DNA of 64,000 bases from an uncultured Gammaproteobacteria bacterium (GTDB lineage Bacteria; Pseudomonadota; Gammaproteobacteria; Steroidobacterales; Steroidobacteraceae), in the NCBI GenBank assembly GCA_963810775.1, contig CAWEOT010000005.1:113720-177719 (forward strand), read 5' to 3'. Shown here in pieces: positions 48,003 through 58,553 of this stretch. A model generated the notes under the pieces. The model did no database searches. It was not told the origin of the DNA and saw only the letters and a list, made by a program, of their open reading frames with translations. A program made the position numbers and the translations under genes. Position 1 is the first letter of the stretch. Every line of letters begins with the position of its first letter.

Positions 48003-48801
48003 GAAAGACTGGAACAGTGCATCAATGGGTCAGAAGCTCGCCGCTTTTGTTGGCCTGGCGTTCCTGCATTTTCCGGTGCTCATCATCATCCTGTACGCAT
48101 TCACGACTGAGGATCGCACTTACCAGTTCCCGCCACCCGGACTGACGCTGCACTGGTTCTCGGTCGCGTTCGCGCGCGAGGACATCTGGGCCGCGCTGCG
48201 ACTTTCCGTCGGCGTCGCTGCCGCTGCCACGCTCCTGGCGCTGTTCCTCGGCACGCTGGCTGCTTTTGCGCTGGCGCGGGCACAATTCGCGGGCAAGAAC
48301 GTGATCACGCTGTTGTTTGTCCTGCCGATTGCGTTACCCGGCATCATCACCGGCATCGCACTGCTCTCCGCGATGCGCCTCGCGGGAGTCCCAGCCGGCT
48401 TCTGGACTATCGTTGCCGGTCACGCGACCTTCTGCCTCGTGATCGTGCACAACAATGTGATTGCCCGCCTGCGGCGGCTGCCGAAGAGCTGGATCGAAGC
48501 ATCGATGGACCTCGGCGCCGACGGCGGGCAGACCTTCCGCTACGTGCTGTTGCCGCAGATCGCTACGGCGCTCCTCGCTGGCGGCATGCTGGCGTTCGCC
48601 CTGTCCTTCGACGAAATCATCGTCACGCTCTTCACTGCGGGACATGAGCAGACGTTGCCGATCTGGTTCTTCAACCAGCTGTTCCGGCCGCGCGAGCGGC
48701 CGATCACGAATGTGGTCGCAGTCGCGGTAATCGCGGTGACACTGGTTCCGATCCTGTTGGCGTACTATCTCACCCGACCCCGAGAGTTCGAATCGAAATA
48801 G
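47992..48801 (+). CDS. ydcV: ABC transporter permease (YdcV/PotC-like)
   Basis: 269 aa with EAA loop [20 protein letters not shown]. The start could instead be ATG 48025. Confidence 0.7.
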   Translation: MRSRKDWNSASMGQKLAAFVGLAFLHFPVLIIILYAFTTEDRTYQFPPPGLTLHWFSVAFAREDIWAALRLSVGVAAAATLLALFLGTLAAFALARAQFAGKNVITLLFVLPIALPGIITGIALLSAMRLAGVPAGFWTIVAGHATFCLVIVHNNVIARLRRLPKSWIEASMDLGADGGQTFRYVLLPQIATALLAGGMLAFALSFDEIIVTLFTAGHEQTLPIWFFNQLFRPRERPITNVVAVAVIAVTLVPILLAYYLTRPREFESK

Positions 48802-48848
48802 TTCCCGTCTGACTCCAGGTCGCGGGACGGAATCTCAATGAGGCCGAC

Positions 48849-50273
48849 ATGCAAACCAAGCTTCTGATCAAGGGCAAGCTCACCACCGGCAAGGGCGATG
48901 TGGAGGAAGTCCTCGATCCGGCGACCGGCAAGGTGATCGCGGAAGTTGCAGAGGCCTCCGAAGAGCAGGTGAACGCAGCAGTGCTTGCCGCCGCCGGCGC
49001 ATTGGACGGCTGGTCCCGAACTGCGCCGAAGGATCGCGCCGCATTGTTGCTCAAGGTGGCCGATCGTATCGAAGCGGACGCCGATGTGTTTGCCGAGCTC
49101 GAGTCGCGCAACTGTGGTAAACCGCTCGCGGCGGTGAAGAGCGATGAGATCCCGGCTATCGCCGACGTATTTCGATTCTTTGCCGGCGCCGCACGCACGA
49201 TGACTGGTGCGATCGCAGGCGAATACCTCACCGGCTTCACCAGCATGATCCGACGCGATCCGGTCGGGGTGGTGGCGTCCATCGCGCCCTGGAATTACCC
49301 GCTGATGATGGCAGCCTGGAAGTTGTCGCCGGCAGTCGCCGCGGGCAACTCGGTGGTGTTGAAGCCCTCCGAGCAGACTCCCCTCACGACGCTGAAGCTC
49401 GCGGAGATCATCGCGGAGCTCTTCCCCGCAGGCGTCATCAATGTCATCAGCGGGCGCGGCAAGACGGTCGGCGCTCCGCTGGTCTCGCATCCCGCGGTGC
49501 GCATGGTGTCACTCACCGGCGATGTATCCACGGGCGAGAAAATTCTCCAGGCAGCATCGAAAGGCGTGAAGCGCACTCACCTCGAGCTTGGCGGCAAGGC
49601 GCCGGTGATCGTGTTTGACGACGCAGACCTGAAGTCGGTCGTTTCCGGGGTCCGCACGTTCGGTTTCTACAACGCCGGGCAGGATTGCACCGCTGCCTGC
49701 AGGCTGTACGCCGGTGCGAAGATCTACGACCGACTGGTGGCGGACCTGACGTCGGCGGCCGCATCGATCAAGGTGGGGACGCAGCAGGAGGAAGGCGTGG
49801 AAATGGGACCGCTCATCAGTTCACGCCAGCGCTCGCGCGTAGCGGGTTTCGTCGATCGCGCCGCGGATCTCCGCCACGTCGACATCACGACCGGCGGCAA
49901 GACGCGCGGCGGTGGCGGCTTCTTCTACGAGCCCACGGTAGTTGCGGGCGCCAGGCAATCCGATGAGATCGTGCAACGAGAAGTTTTTGGCCCGGTGGTT
50001 TCCGTCACGCGCTTCAAGGATGCGGACCAGGCGATCGCGTGGGCTAACGAATCCGAGTACGGACTGGCTTCTTCCGTCTGGACCAAAGATATCGGCAAGG
50101 CAATGCAGGTCGCCGCGCGCCTGCAGTACGGCTGCACCTGGATCAACACGCACTTCATGCTGGTGAGCGAGATGCCGCACGGCGGCCTGAAGCGCTCAGG
50201 CTACGGCAAGGACCTGTCGCTCTACGCGCTCGAGGACTACTCCGTGCCCAGGCACGTGATGGTCAAGCTCTGA
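48849..50273 (+). CDS. patD: Gamma-aminobutyraldehyde dehydrogenase
   Basis: 474 aa, collinear with E. coli PatD/YdcW over its whole length ([70 protein letters not shown]). Confidence 0.9.
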   Translation: MQTKLLIKGKLTTGKGDVEEVLDPATGKVIAEVAEASEEQVNAAVLAAAGALDGWSRTAPKDRAALLLKVADRIEADADVFAELESRNCGKPLAAVKSDEIPAIADVFRFFAGAARTMTGAIAGEYLTGFTSMIRRDPVGVVASIAPWNYPLMMAAWKLSPAVAAGNSVVLKPSEQTPLTTLKLAEIIAELFPAGVINVISGRGKTVGAPLVSHPAVRMVSLTGDVSTGEKILQAASKGVKRTHLELGGKAPVIVFDDADLKSVVSGVRTFGFYNAGQDCTAACRLYAGAKIYDRLVADLTSAAASIKVGTQQEEGVEMGPLISSRQRSRVAGFVDRAADLRHVDITTGGKTRGGGGFFYEPTVVAGARQSDEIVQREVFGPVVSVTRFKDADQAIAWANESEYGLASSVWTKDIGKAMQVAARLQYGCTWINTHFMLVSEMPHGGLKRSGYGKDLSLYALEDYSVPRHVMVKL

Positions 50274-50321
50274 GCGAGCCAAGGTCGTGCCCCTCGACTC
50301 GTCGCGCTTACCAGCGAAATT

Positions 50322-50361
50322 CGGCGCCGGACTTGAGAGTCCGACGCCGTCTTCCGTTTTT
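50322..50361 (+). terminator. Rho-independent terminator after patD
   Basis: 11-bp stem with one mismatch (CGGCGCCGGAC / GTCCGACGCCG) and a 6-nt loop, followed by TCTTCCGTTTTT. Confidence 0.65.
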
Positions 50362-50364
50362 CGG

Positions 50365-50934
50365 CTAGGCCAGTACGCCCTTCGCCTTCGCCGTGTGCGT
50401 GGCGATCGCGTCCATCAGCGGAGGCGACAGGCAGTCATACGGCTGCAGGCCAAGCTCCTTGAGGCGTGAGCGGACAGCGCCCATCTGATCGGGTTTGGTT
50501 CCCGACTCGATGATGGAAGAGACGAAAGCAGCAAATTCAGGCGCCGACCAGCCCTTGTCCTTGGACAGCTCCACGTGCACGAAGTCGAGCCCGTAGAACG
50601 GATGGTTCTTGTTCTCGATGCGCCCGTACATGTGAACGCCGCAGCCCGTGCATGCATGACGCTGAATTGCTGCGCTCGGATCGACGATCTTGAGCTTGTT
50701 GCCGTTGGAGGTAACGCTGAGATTGTCGCGTCCGACTACAGCAACCACTGAGAACGCGGCACCCTTCGGCTTCCAGCACTTGGTACAGCCGCAGGCGTGA
50801 TTGTGGGCGACGTTGCCCTTGATGCTCACGGTCACCGGCGCCGACGTGCACTGGCAAGTGAGTGTGCCACCTGCAAAGTCCTTCGAACCGGGTTTTACGC
50901 CCTGGTCTACGGACGGATGAATTGAAACGGCCAT
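50365..50934 (-). CDS. gfa: S-(hydroxymethyl)glutathione synthase (glutathione-dependent formaldehyde-activating enzyme)
   Basis: ORF trimmed to ATG 50934 (AGGAGG upstream). [36 protein letters not shown] matches Paracoccus Gfa. Confidence 0.9.
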   Translation of the reverse strand: MAVSIHPSVDQGVKPGSKDFAGGTLTCQCTSAPVTVSIKGNVAHNHACGCTKCWKPKGAAFSVVAVVGRDNLSVTSNGNKLKIVDPSAAIQRHACTGCGVHMYGRIENKNHPFYGLDFVHVELSKDKGWSAPEFAAFVSSIIESGTKPDQMGAVRSRLKELGLQPYDCLSPPLMDAIATHTAKAKGVLA

Positions 50935-50956
50935 GATGGTTTCCCCTCCTCGTTTA

Positions 50957-52066
50957 TCAGAACGTAACCACGCTGCGGATTGATTCACCCGCATGCATCA
51001 GATCGAAAGCCTTATTGATCTCCTTAAGCGGCATCACGTGCGTGATCAGGTCGTCGATGTTGATCTTCTTGTCCATGTACCAGTCGACGATCTTCGGCAC
51101 GTCCCTGCGTCCGCGCGCTCCGCCAAACGCCGTGCCCTTCCACACGCGACCCGTCACGAGCTGGAACGGACGGGTCTTGATCTCCTGCCCGGAACCAGCC
51201 ACCCCGATGATCACCGAAACTCCCCAGCCTCGATGACAGCACTCCAGCGCCTGGCGCATCAGGTCGACATTGCCGACGCACTCGAAGCTGTAGTCCGCAC
51301 CGCCGTCGGTCACGGAGACGAGATGCTGCACCAGGTCGCCGCCCACTTCCTTCGGGTTCACGAAGTGCGTCATCCCGAACTTCTCCGCGAGCGCCTTGCG
51401 TCGCGGATTGATGTCCACACCGACGATCTTGTTGGCGCCGACCAGTCGCGCACCCTGGATGACATTCAGACCGATTCCGCCGAGCCCAAACACGACTACA
51501 TTCGCGCCGGGTTCCACCTTGGCGGTGTTCATCACGGCGCCGATTCCGGTCGTCACACCGCAGCCGATGTAGCAGACCTTCTCGAACGGCGCATCGTCGC
51601 GAATCTTGGCGACCGCAATTTCCGGCAGCACGGTGTAGTTCGAAAACGTCGAGCAACCCATGTAGTGATGCACCATCTTGCCGCCGATCGAGAAGCGGCT
51701 GGTGCCATCGGGCATCACACCCTTGCCCTGAGTCGCACGAATGGCCGTGCACAGGTTCGTCTTGCCCGACAGGCATGACTTGCACTGGCGGCATTCCGGT
51801 GTGTAGAGAGGAATCACGTGATCGCCCTTTTTCACCGACGTCACGCCCGGCCCCACGTCCACGACGATTCCCGCGCCCTCGTGTCCGAAGACCACCGGAA
51901 AGAGTCCCTCGGGGTCCGCGCCGGAGCGCGTGAATTCATCGGTGTGGCAAATGCCGGAAGCCTTGATCTCCACCAGCACTTCGCCGGCCTTCGGTCCGTC
52001 GAGATCCACCTCCACCACTTCCAGCGGCTTGCCGGCAGCGTAGGCAATGGCTGCTTTGGACTTCAT
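50957..52066 (-). CDS. frmA: S-(hydroxymethyl)glutathione dehydrogenase / class III alcohol dehydrogenase
   Basis: ORF trimmed to ATG 52066 (GAGGAG upstream). [16 protein letters not shown], and the class-III ADH body through to the ..IRSVVTF end. Confidence 0.9.
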   Translation of the reverse strand: MKSKAAIAYAAGKPLEVVEVDLDGPKAGEVLVEIKASGICHTDEFTRSGADPEGLFPVVFGHEGAGIVVDVGPGVTSVKKGDHVIPLYTPECRQCKSCLSGKTNLCTAIRATQGKGVMPDGTSRFSIGGKMVHHYMGCSTFSNYTVLPEIAVAKIRDDAPFEKVCYIGCGVTTGIGAVMNTAKVEPGANVVVFGLGGIGLNVIQGARLVGANKIVGVDINPRRKALAEKFGMTHFVNPKEVGGDLVQHLVSVTDGGADYSFECVGNVDLMRQALECCHRGWGVSVIIGVAGSGQEIKTRPFQLVTGRVWKGTAFGGARGRRDVPKIVDWYMDKKINIDDLITHVMPLKEINKAFDLMHAGESIRSVVTF

Positions 52067-52127
52067 ACGTTTGCTCTCCTCAGGCGGCCGTGGCACCTGC
52101 ATCGACCCGCTGTCGATGCCAGTGTGC

Positions 52128-53012
52128 CTACATCGTTGAGTCTTTTGCCGCCGGTGCGATTAGGTTGCCGTTATCAGCGATCAACGGGATCCCGTAGCTC
52201 GACAGGATGGCGTTGATCTCCCCGCGATGACTGCCGATCCAGGCGTCGAGAGTGTCCTTCCACTCCTTCTCGCCGAAACGCACACCCATCGAAATCTCGT
52301 AATCGAACGTGATAGCCGGATCTGGCTTGAACGCAACGATGCGCCAGGCATCGGATCCGTGCCGGCCCGCAAGGTAGCCGGCAACCGGGCCCCATGCGAT
52401 CGCAAGGTCGATCGTGCCGGCGGCCAGATCGCGCTCGACGATCACCGCCGGGTTCTCGTGAATGTCCCCGCTCTGTTGGGCGTAGAAGACGCCTTGCTCG
52501 AGTAGTTTATTGCGCAGGAGCCAGTCGACCGCCGGCGAACGCGCGAACACTCCAATCTTGAGCGCACGCAACTGCTCGGCGGGAAGCTTCAACAGGTCAT
52601 CGGGGCTCTCGACCTTTGACAGCCCACCGCGCGCCGGAAGAATCATCGCGTACGTGGAGTGCATGTAAGGTTTCGTAGTTGCCGTCAGCTCATAGCCCTT
52701 GGGCACGCCGATGATCACGTCGCACTTGTATTGATTGGTGCTCTCGTCTTTCTGGCGCAGCGTGTTGCGTACAAAGCCCATGCGCTGAGGAAAAAACGTG
52801 TATTCCAGACGCTGGCCGAGATCGCTCGCGAGCCTGGCTGCAATCCGGTTCTCGTAGCCTTCGCCGCTGGTGTTCGACTGCGGCATGCTGTCCGGATCCG
52901 CGCACACCTTGAGCGTGCCCTGGGAGTCCTCTGCGCGCGTCGGCACGGCAAATGCCACTGCACAGGCGCACACGAGCGAGACTGCCGTTGCGCGTCGTAC
53001 ACCGCTACCCAT
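52128..53012 (-). CDS. xoxJ: MxaJ/XoxJ-like periplasmic binding protein associated with quinoprotein dehydrogenases
   Basis: 294 aa with a signal peptide. [21 protein letters not shown], characteristic of the MoxJ family. Located after xoxF-xoxG. Confidence 0.7.
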   Translation of the reverse strand: MGSGVRRATAVSLVCACAVAFAVPTRAEDSQGTLKVCADPDSMPQSNTSGEGYENRIAARLASDLGQRLEYTFFPQRMGFVRNTLRQKDESTNQYKCDVIIGVPKGYELTATTKPYMHSTYAMILPARGGLSKVESPDDLLKLPAEQLRALKIGVFARSPAVDWLLRNKLLEQGVFYAQQSGDIHENPAVIVERDLAAGTIDLAIAWGPVAGYLAGRHGSDAWRIVAFKPDPAITFDYEISMGVRFGEKEWKDTLDAWIGSHRGEINAILSSYGIPLIADNGNLIAPAAKDSTM

Positions 53013-53058
53013 GTGAATTCTTCAAGTCGCGCATTCGACCGCTAGCGGCCGAAAACGC

Positions 53059-53490
53059 TCATTTCTGCTCTTCAATCGGATGCAGGTGCCCCGGCTGGAT
53101 CTTGCCATCGGAGCGACCCTTCAGGTACGCGTAAAGATATTCCCAGTTCTTGTTGATCATGTCGCTGGTTTCGAACGGCGGCATGCCCTTCTCCGGGTTG
53201 CCCTTCATCAGCTGCTGATGGAACCTCTCCTTCGTTATGGTCTTGAACGACTCGATCAACGAAGGTCCCACCAGGCCCTCCTGAGTTGGACCGTGGCAAC
53301 GATCGCAAGCCATTGCACGCCAGGTCTTCCAGCCCGCCAGCGTATTCGCATCAACCTTGTTGCCGTCCTTCACCGTGTACAACGTCGCCTGCTGTTTGGA
53401 CGTCGTCGTCGAGGCTGCCGGTTCTGCTGCCAGGAGTGCCGTGGAAACCAGCAGCCCAAGCGAAACAAGCGTGGCCAAACCGCGTCTCAT
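53059..53490 (-). CDS. xoxG: Monohaem cytochrome c (XoxG / cytochrome cL-like)
   Basis: 143 aa with a signal peptide and a single CxxCH (MACDRCHG). Lies between xoxF and xoxJ. Confidence 0.65.
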   Translation of the reverse strand: MRRGLATLVSLGLLVSTALLAAEPAASTTTSKQQATLYTVKDGNKVDANTLAGWKTWRAMACDRCHGPTQEGLVGPSLIESFKTITKERFHQQLMKGNPEKGMPPFETSDMINKNWEYLYAYLKGRSDGKIQPGHLHPIEEQK

Positions 53491-53502
53491 CCATCGCCCT
53501 CC

Positions 53503-53547
53503 AGAAAGATGCGGCCTGCCACGCCCCGAAAGGGCGCGGCAGGCCGC
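53503..53547 (-). terminator. Strong hairpin plus T-rich tract between xoxF and xoxG (intra-operon attenuator or terminator)
   Basis: 16-bp stem with one mismatch (53511..53526 with 53532..53547) and a 5-nt loop. On the minus strand it is followed by ATCTTTCT and then the xoxG GGAGGG RBS. Confidence 0.6.
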
Positions 53548-53563
53548 AATAGTTGCTTAGATA

Positions 53564-55402
53564 TTACCGCGACGCAGTCTTGGTCGAAGACCCGCCGGGC
53601 AGTGCGAACACAAACAAGGAGCCACCAAGCGTCGTGAACTTGCCCAGTTCCTTGTATCCGCCGACTGCACCGAGACCGTCAGTGTCCTTGGTCAGGCCGG
53701 CCGCCATGCCGATGCCCGCCCATCCACCGATGCCTGAGTAAATGCCGACGTATTGTTTGCCGTCGTACTGATACGTAAACACGTTGCCGATGATTCCGGA
53801 CGGCGTCTTGAACTTCCACAGCTCTTTGCCGTCAGTCGTGCTGACCGCCTTCAGGTAGCCCTCGAGCGTGCCGTAGAAGGCGATGTCGCCTGCCGTCGTC
53901 AACGCACCGGACCACACCGAGAAGCGCTCGGGCTTCGACCATACGATCTTGCCCTTCGCCGGATCCCACGAGATGAAGTTGCCCATGCCGCCGTGGCTAT
54001 CCGGCGCCGGGAACATCGTCAACGTGGCGCCCACGTAGGGCTGACCCGCCGTGTACTCGACCTGGAACGGTTCGTAGGTCATGCACACATGGTTGGTCGG
54101 AACCAGGATCTGGCCGTTCTTGCGGTTGTAGCTGGCCGGCTGCTGGTCCTTCGAGCCGAGCGCCGCGGGACAAATACCCTTGACGTTCACATCAGGACCA
54201 GTCGTCTGCGGCGAGTACTTCTTGTCGACGATCGGACGTCCCGACTTCATGTCGACCTTGGTCGCCCAGTTGACTTTCGGATCGTACTTTTCGGCGACCA
54301 GCAGTTCGCCCGTCACACGGTTCAGCGTATAGCCAAAGCCGTTGCGGTCGAAATGCACCGCCACCGGGGTCGACTTGCCGTTGATCGTCGTGTCGAGCAG
54401 CAGTACTTCGTTGACACCGTCATAGTCCCACTCGTCGTGCGGCGTCATCTGGTAGACCCACTTGGCAACGCCCGTGTCGAGGTCGCGCGCGAAGATCGTC
54501 ATCGACCACTTGTTGTCGCCGGGACGCTGCGCGGGGTTCCAGGTGCTCGGATTGCCCGAGCCGTAGTACACGAGGTTCAACTTGGGATCATATGAATACC
54601 AACCCCAGGTCGTGCCACCGCCGATCTTCCACTGATCGCCCTGCCAGGTCTTGAGCGATGAGTCCTTGCCGACGGGCGCCATCTTGCCGTCCGTCCAGGT
54701 CATCGTCTTGGCGGGATCGATCAACATTTCGGCGTCCGGCCCGGTGCTGTATCCGATCCAGACTCTCTTGCCGGTCTTGATGTCATAGGCAATGAGGCGA
54801 CCGCGCACGCCGAACTCACCACCGGAGATACCGGTGAGCACCTTGTCTTTGAAGACATGCGGTGCGTTGGTGTTGGTCTCGCCCTTCTTCGGATCGCCAT
54901 TCTTGGCGGTCCAAACCACTTTGCCGGAGTTAGCGTCGAGAGCAACCAGCGTCGTGTCGGCCTGTTGCAGGAAGATCTTGCCGTCACCGAATGCGAGACC
55001 GCGATTGACGGTATCGCAACACATCACCGGAACCACATCCGTGTCCTGCTTCGGCTCGTACTTCCATTTGAAGCTCTGATCCTTGAGGTTCACCGCGAAC
55101 ACGTTGTTCGGGAACGGCGAATGCACATACATCGTGTCGCCGACCACCAGCGGTGATCCTTCGTGACCACGCAGCACGCCAGTCGACATGCTCCATGCGA
55201 CCTGCAGATTGGCGACGTTGCTGGCGTTGACCTGCTTCAGTTCGCTGTAACGGTGATTCGCATAATCGCCAGCCTGGGAAGCCCAGTTGGACGAGGAACT
55301 CATCGCTTTTTCGAGATCAGTCTGGGCTACAGCTGTGCTCGCATACGCCGCCAGCGCGAGCATGCCTGCCCCAAGAAACACGGAACATCGTTCGTACTTC
55401 AT
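53564..55402 (-). CDS. xoxF: PQQ-dependent methanol/ethanol dehydrogenase, XoxF (lanthanide) type
   Basis: ORF trimmed to ATG 55402. Signal peptide, vicinal Cys pair [13 protein letters not shown] propeller repeats, and [12 protein letters not shown] with the D-Y-D codons at 54419..54427. Confidence 0.85.
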   Translation of the reverse strand: MKYERCSVFLGAGMLALAAYASTAVAQTDLEKAMSSSSNWASQAGDYANHRYSELKQVNASNVANLQVAWSMSTGVLRGHEGSPLVVGDTMYVHSPFPNNVFAVNLKDQSFKWKYEPKQDTDVVPVMCCDTVNRGLAFGDGKIFLQQADTTLVALDANSGKVVWTAKNGDPKKGETNTNAPHVFKDKVLTGISGGEFGVRGRLIAYDIKTGKRVWIGYSTGPDAEMLIDPAKTMTWTDGKMAPVGKDSSLKTWQGDQWKIGGGTTWGWYSYDPKLNLVYYGSGNPSTWNPAQRPGDNKWSMTIFARDLDTGVAKWVYQMTPHDEWDYDGVNEVLLLDTTINGKSTPVAVHFDRNGFGYTLNRVTGELLVAEKYDPKVNWATKVDMKSGRPIVDKKYSPQTTGPDVNVKGICPAALGSKDQQPASYNRKNGQILVPTNHVCMTYEPFQVEYTAGQPYVGATLTMFPAPDSHGGMGNFISWDPAKGKIVWSKPERFSVWSGALTTAGDIAFYGTLEGYLKAVSTTDGKELWKFKTPSGIIGNVFTYQYDGKQYVGIYSGIGGWAGIGMAAGLTKDTDGLGAVGGYKELGKFTTLGGSLFVFALPGGSSTKTASR

Positions 55403-55431
55403 ATTCCCCCCTTCGCGGAAAATGACCATTC

Positions 55432-55459
55432 CAATCGCCTAAAGACAATCGCCTAAAGA
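55432..55459. repeat. Perfect tandem duplication of the 14-mer CAATCGCCTAAAGA in the xoxF divergent promoter region
   Basis: Read directly from the sequence. Degenerate extra copies: AATCGCTTAGAC at 55475..55486 and AACCGCTTAGG at 57166..57176 (the beta-propeller / porin divergent region). Confidence 0.7.
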
Positions 55460-55604
55460 GTAGCTACGTAGTGTAATCGCTTAGACATTAATTTGGACGC
55501 ATATCAATACACCCATGGCGTCGCCGCGACAACCTGTCCGCTGGAGCAGGTATCCGGTGCGGCGTAGGATCCGTGCCCGCCCCCTGATCCAAGCGAGGTC
55601 GAAA

Positions 55605-55991
55605 ATGACGAGACGAATCCGAGTGGCCCGCCGGGCCGCTCTTGCGCTCCTCGGCGCAAGCGTCGTATGCGCGGCCGAGACACCCCCTGCAGACTGCGCC
55701 AAACAAGGCTTTCCGACCTCGGCCCGCGTCGAGTTCGTTCAGGAATGCATGATTAAGAGCGGCGGGGAGATTGCCAGCCTCTACAAATGCTCGTGCGCCA
55801 TTGACTGGATAGCCAAAGAGGTGAGCTACGACGAGTTCGTGGACTGGGAGACGTTTGCGCGCAATGCCTCCATGGCGGGCGAAAGAGGCGGGGTTTTCCG
55901 CGATACCGACGAGGCGAAAAAGGAAGGCAAGCAGTATCGGGACCTCGAAAGCGAGGCTTATCAGGCCTGCGGCGTCCAGCTCCGCAAGTAG
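55605..55991 (+). CDS. Small exported Cys-containing hypothetical protein
   Basis: ORF trimmed to ATG 55605 (GAGG 6 nt upstream). Signal MTRRIRVARRAALALLGASVVCAAE. Five Cys in the mature part. I recognise no family. Confidence 0.5.
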   Translation: MTRRIRVARRAALALLGASVVCAAETPPADCAKQGFPTSARVEFVQECMIKSGGEIASLYKCSCAIDWIAKEVSYDEFVDWETFARNASMAGERGGVFRDTDEAKKEGKQYRDLESEAYQACGVQLRK

Positions 55992-56021
55992 GTCTTACAG
56001 CCCAGCCTTCGCGTCCACACG

Positions 56022-57092
56022 TCATCGCTTGCTAGCCGGTGGCGTCGGACCCAAAGCAACGCCCCAGGGCGATTGCCCGACTGGTATGGTCTTCATGACG
56101 CGCAAGCTCGAGGTATCGACGACGCTCACATCGTTCGAGGGTCCGTTAGCGGTGTACAAGGTGCGGCCGTCCTTTGACAGGGCGATACCCCACGGTCGAG
56201 CGCCGACTTTGACTTCGGCCAGAAGCTTGCGGGTCGCCGGCGAAATGACCGCGACCGTCCCGCCACGGCCTGTGCTTACGTACAGGCGATCGCGTGACGC
56301 ATCGAGCAGCACTGCCATCGGACGAGCCTCCTTGCGCAACTCCATCCAGCGCTCGACCGGCGTTCCGCCCGGTACCGAAAGTCGATAGACCGAGCTGTCA
56401 AACTCGCCCGACACATAGGCAGTCCGACTGTCCGGCGTAAACGCGACGTCGCGCGGGCGCTTGCCCACCGGCACGGAGCGCAGAACCTTGAGGGCTTGCG
56501 CGTCGATGATCGCGACCGCGTTGTCGGACTCGTTGGTCACCAGCACCCATTTGCCGTCCGGCGAGACGCGCACGCCTTCCGGCTCGCGTCCAACAGAAAT
56601 CTGCGCTTGTATCTTGCCGCTGTCTGTGTGCAGTACTGAGGTCGTCGCTGCGTCTTCGTTGGTGATGAAGAGCAGCTGCCCATCGGCGCTGAGGTCGAAG
56701 GTTTCCGGGTCTGATCCCGCTTTTAGTACGCCATGCAGCTGCAGCGTCGCCGTGTCGACCACCGCGATCCCGTCCGCCTGCAGATCGCGTTCGAGCTTTT
56801 CGCATTCTTCATCAGGAACGCTCGGCGGACACTTCGGCAGGCCACTCACCGCCACGTAAAGCCTGGAACCATCCTTGCTGAGCTTGAGGCCGCGCGGGCG
56901 CTTGCCAACGTTCACGGTCGCGATGACATCGGCCTTCGCCGTGTCGATGACCGTGACTGTCTGACCATCTTCGTTGGACACGTAGGCGCGTTCGGCGCTC
57001 GCGAGGAGCGGTAGTTGCGCCAAGCACACAACCCAGAAGATCCGGGGTAGGACACCAAGCGCATTTGAGGAGTGGTAGTTCTGCTTAGACAT
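56022..57092 (-). CDS. YVTN-repeat beta-propeller protein (PQQ-dependent catabolism-associated type)
   Basis: ORF trimmed to ATG 57092. Signal peptide, then repeated units of the form YVSNEDGQTVTVIDTAKADVIATVNVGKRPRGLKLSKDGSRLYV. Confidence 0.7.
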   Translation of the reverse strand: MSKQNYHSSNALGVLPRIFWVVCLAQLPLLASAERAYVSNEDGQTVTVIDTAKADVIATVNVGKRPRGLKLSKDGSRLYVAVSGLPKCPPSVPDEECEKLERDLQADGIAVVDTATLQLHGVLKAGSDPETFDLSADGQLLFITNEDAATTSVLHTDSGKIQAQISVGREPEGVRVSPDGKWVLVTNESDNAVAIIDAQALKVLRSVPVGKRPRDVAFTPDSRTAYVSGEFDSSVYRLSVPGGTPVERWMELRKEARPMAVLLDASRDRLYVSTGRGGTVAVISPATRKLLAEVKVGARPWGIALSKDGRTLYTANGPSNDVSVVDTSSLRVMKTIPVGQSPWGVALGPTPPASKR

Positions 57093-57194
57093 GGTGCTAG
57101 ACTCTGCCGCGCAGGAATTCGGTTTGGTGGAGGGACGAGAGCTTTTGTAGCCTTGTAGCAACTTTAACCGCTTAGGTCACGAGGGGGACTCATC

Positions 57195-58454
57195 ATGAAC
57201 GTTCGCAGAGGTGTTCTTGCGTGTGCTGGTGCGTTGGGACTGACGCTTGCGTCCCAGGGCGCAGGCGCATTCGGCATGATGGATGTAGGTGAATGGAAGG
57301 TAGAGTTCAGCGGAAACGTCAATGGTTTTCTGAGCAACGTCGACTGCAGCTCGGATACCACCGGGCCCGTCCTGGGTGGTCTCGCCTGCGGATCGATCTC
57401 CGGGGGAGACTACAAAGACACCAACATCCGCACAGGCCTTTTGCCTTCGTGGCTGGGCTTTCATGCGGAGAGGACCGAAGGCAACACGAAGTACGGCGTT
57501 ACCCTCGGTTTTCAGCCGGGCATCGACAGCAACAGCGGGATTGCCGGCGCGCCGATCGATGGCGGCCTGGGCCTCAACTCCTCCAACTTCCGCCAGGTGT
57601 TCCTGGAGTGGTCCGGCGGCTGGGGCGGCATCAAGATCGGTCGCGACCTGGGCATCTTCGGCTCCGATGCGATTCTCTCCGACATGACGCTGCTCGGCGT
57701 GGGCACGGTATCCGACCTGACGCGCGGCGGTGGCAACACAACCCTGGGTCGCATCGGAGTCGGCTATGTGTACGCGGACTGGAAAGGCCAGATCCAGTAC
57801 TCCTCGCCAAAGTTCGGCGGCTTCAGCTTTAACCTCGCAGTGGTCGATCCCTGGGGTCTCGTCGACCTGTCCGGTGCAAGCTCAAATGCCGCAGACTTCA
57901 ACCAGGAAGCTCCTGACTTTCTCGCCAGCAATGGCTGGGAAGGCAAGGTCAATTACGCCTGGGAAGGCGATTTCAACGGCAAAGTCTGGGCGAGCTTCAT
58001 CTATCAGAAGGTAGAGAGTTCCACCTTCGATAGCGAAACCGCCAAGGGCTATGACGTCGGCGCCAAGGTCGGATTCAAAGGCCTGGAGGCCGTCGGCTAT
58101 TACTACAAGGGCGACGGGGTTGGCACCACCGACTTCCTGTTCGACGCCATGGATGTCGCCGGCAACATGCGAGACTCAGACGGTTACTACGTGCAGCTCA
58201 CCTGGAAGTTGCCGGGTATCGGCACCAAGCTCGGTGCGAGCTTTGGCGCGAGCAACCTGGACGAGACTTCGGTGGACCAGATCGTAGCTCCGGACCTCCT
58301 GGACAAGAACGAATCGTATGTCCTCGGGGTTTATCATCCGCTCACGAGTGCGCTGAACTTGGTGCTCGAGTACACGCATACGGAATCGACCGCGCACAGC
58401 GGCAACAAGGCCGAGGAAAGCGCGATTGCGCTCGGCGCGATCCTGTTCTATTGA
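57195..58454 (+). CDS. Outer-membrane porin (general Gram-negative porin fold)
   Basis: 419 aa. Signal ..LASQGAGA|FG. Alternating beta-strand pattern and an aromatic C-terminus (..ALGAILFY). Confidence 0.65.
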   Translation: MNVRRGVLACAGALGLTLASQGAGAFGMMDVGEWKVEFSGNVNGFLSNVDCSSDTTGPVLGGLACGSISGGDYKDTNIRTGLLPSWLGFHAERTEGNTKYGVTLGFQPGIDSNSGIAGAPIDGGLGLNSSNFRQVFLEWSGGWGGIKIGRDLGIFGSDAILSDMTLLGVGTVSDLTRGGGNTTLGRIGVGYVYADWKGQIQYSSPKFGGFSFNLAVVDPWGLVDLSGASSNAADFNQEAPDFLASNGWEGKVNYAWEGDFNGKVWASFIYQKVESSTFDSETAKGYDVGAKVGFKGLEAVGYYYKGDGVGTTDFLFDAMDVAGNMRDSDGYYVQLTWKLPGIGTKLGASFGASNLDETSVDQIVAPDLLDKNESYVLGVYHPLTSALNLVLEYTHTESTAHSGNKAEESAIALGAILFY

Positions 58455-58491
58455 GTAGTTGACTCGGATCCAGACGGTCGAGAAGTTGCAA

Positions 58492-58516
58492 GTGGCGGCG
58501 CCGATGGCGCCGCCAC
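58492..58516 (+). terminator. Perfect 11-bp GC hairpin after the porin gene
   Basis: GTGGCGGCGCC GAT GGCGCCGCCAC followed by CTTCCTT (a weak U tract). Confidence 0.5.
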
Positions 58517-58553
58517 CTTCCTTGAAGCGGGGAAAGCCTTGGTAGCACTCGAG

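Noticed and set aside
55432-55486. Possible CRISPR or minisatellite
   Set aside because: There are only two perfect 14-bp units and one degenerate unit, with no spacers and no cas genes. They are better explained as regulator-binding repeats.
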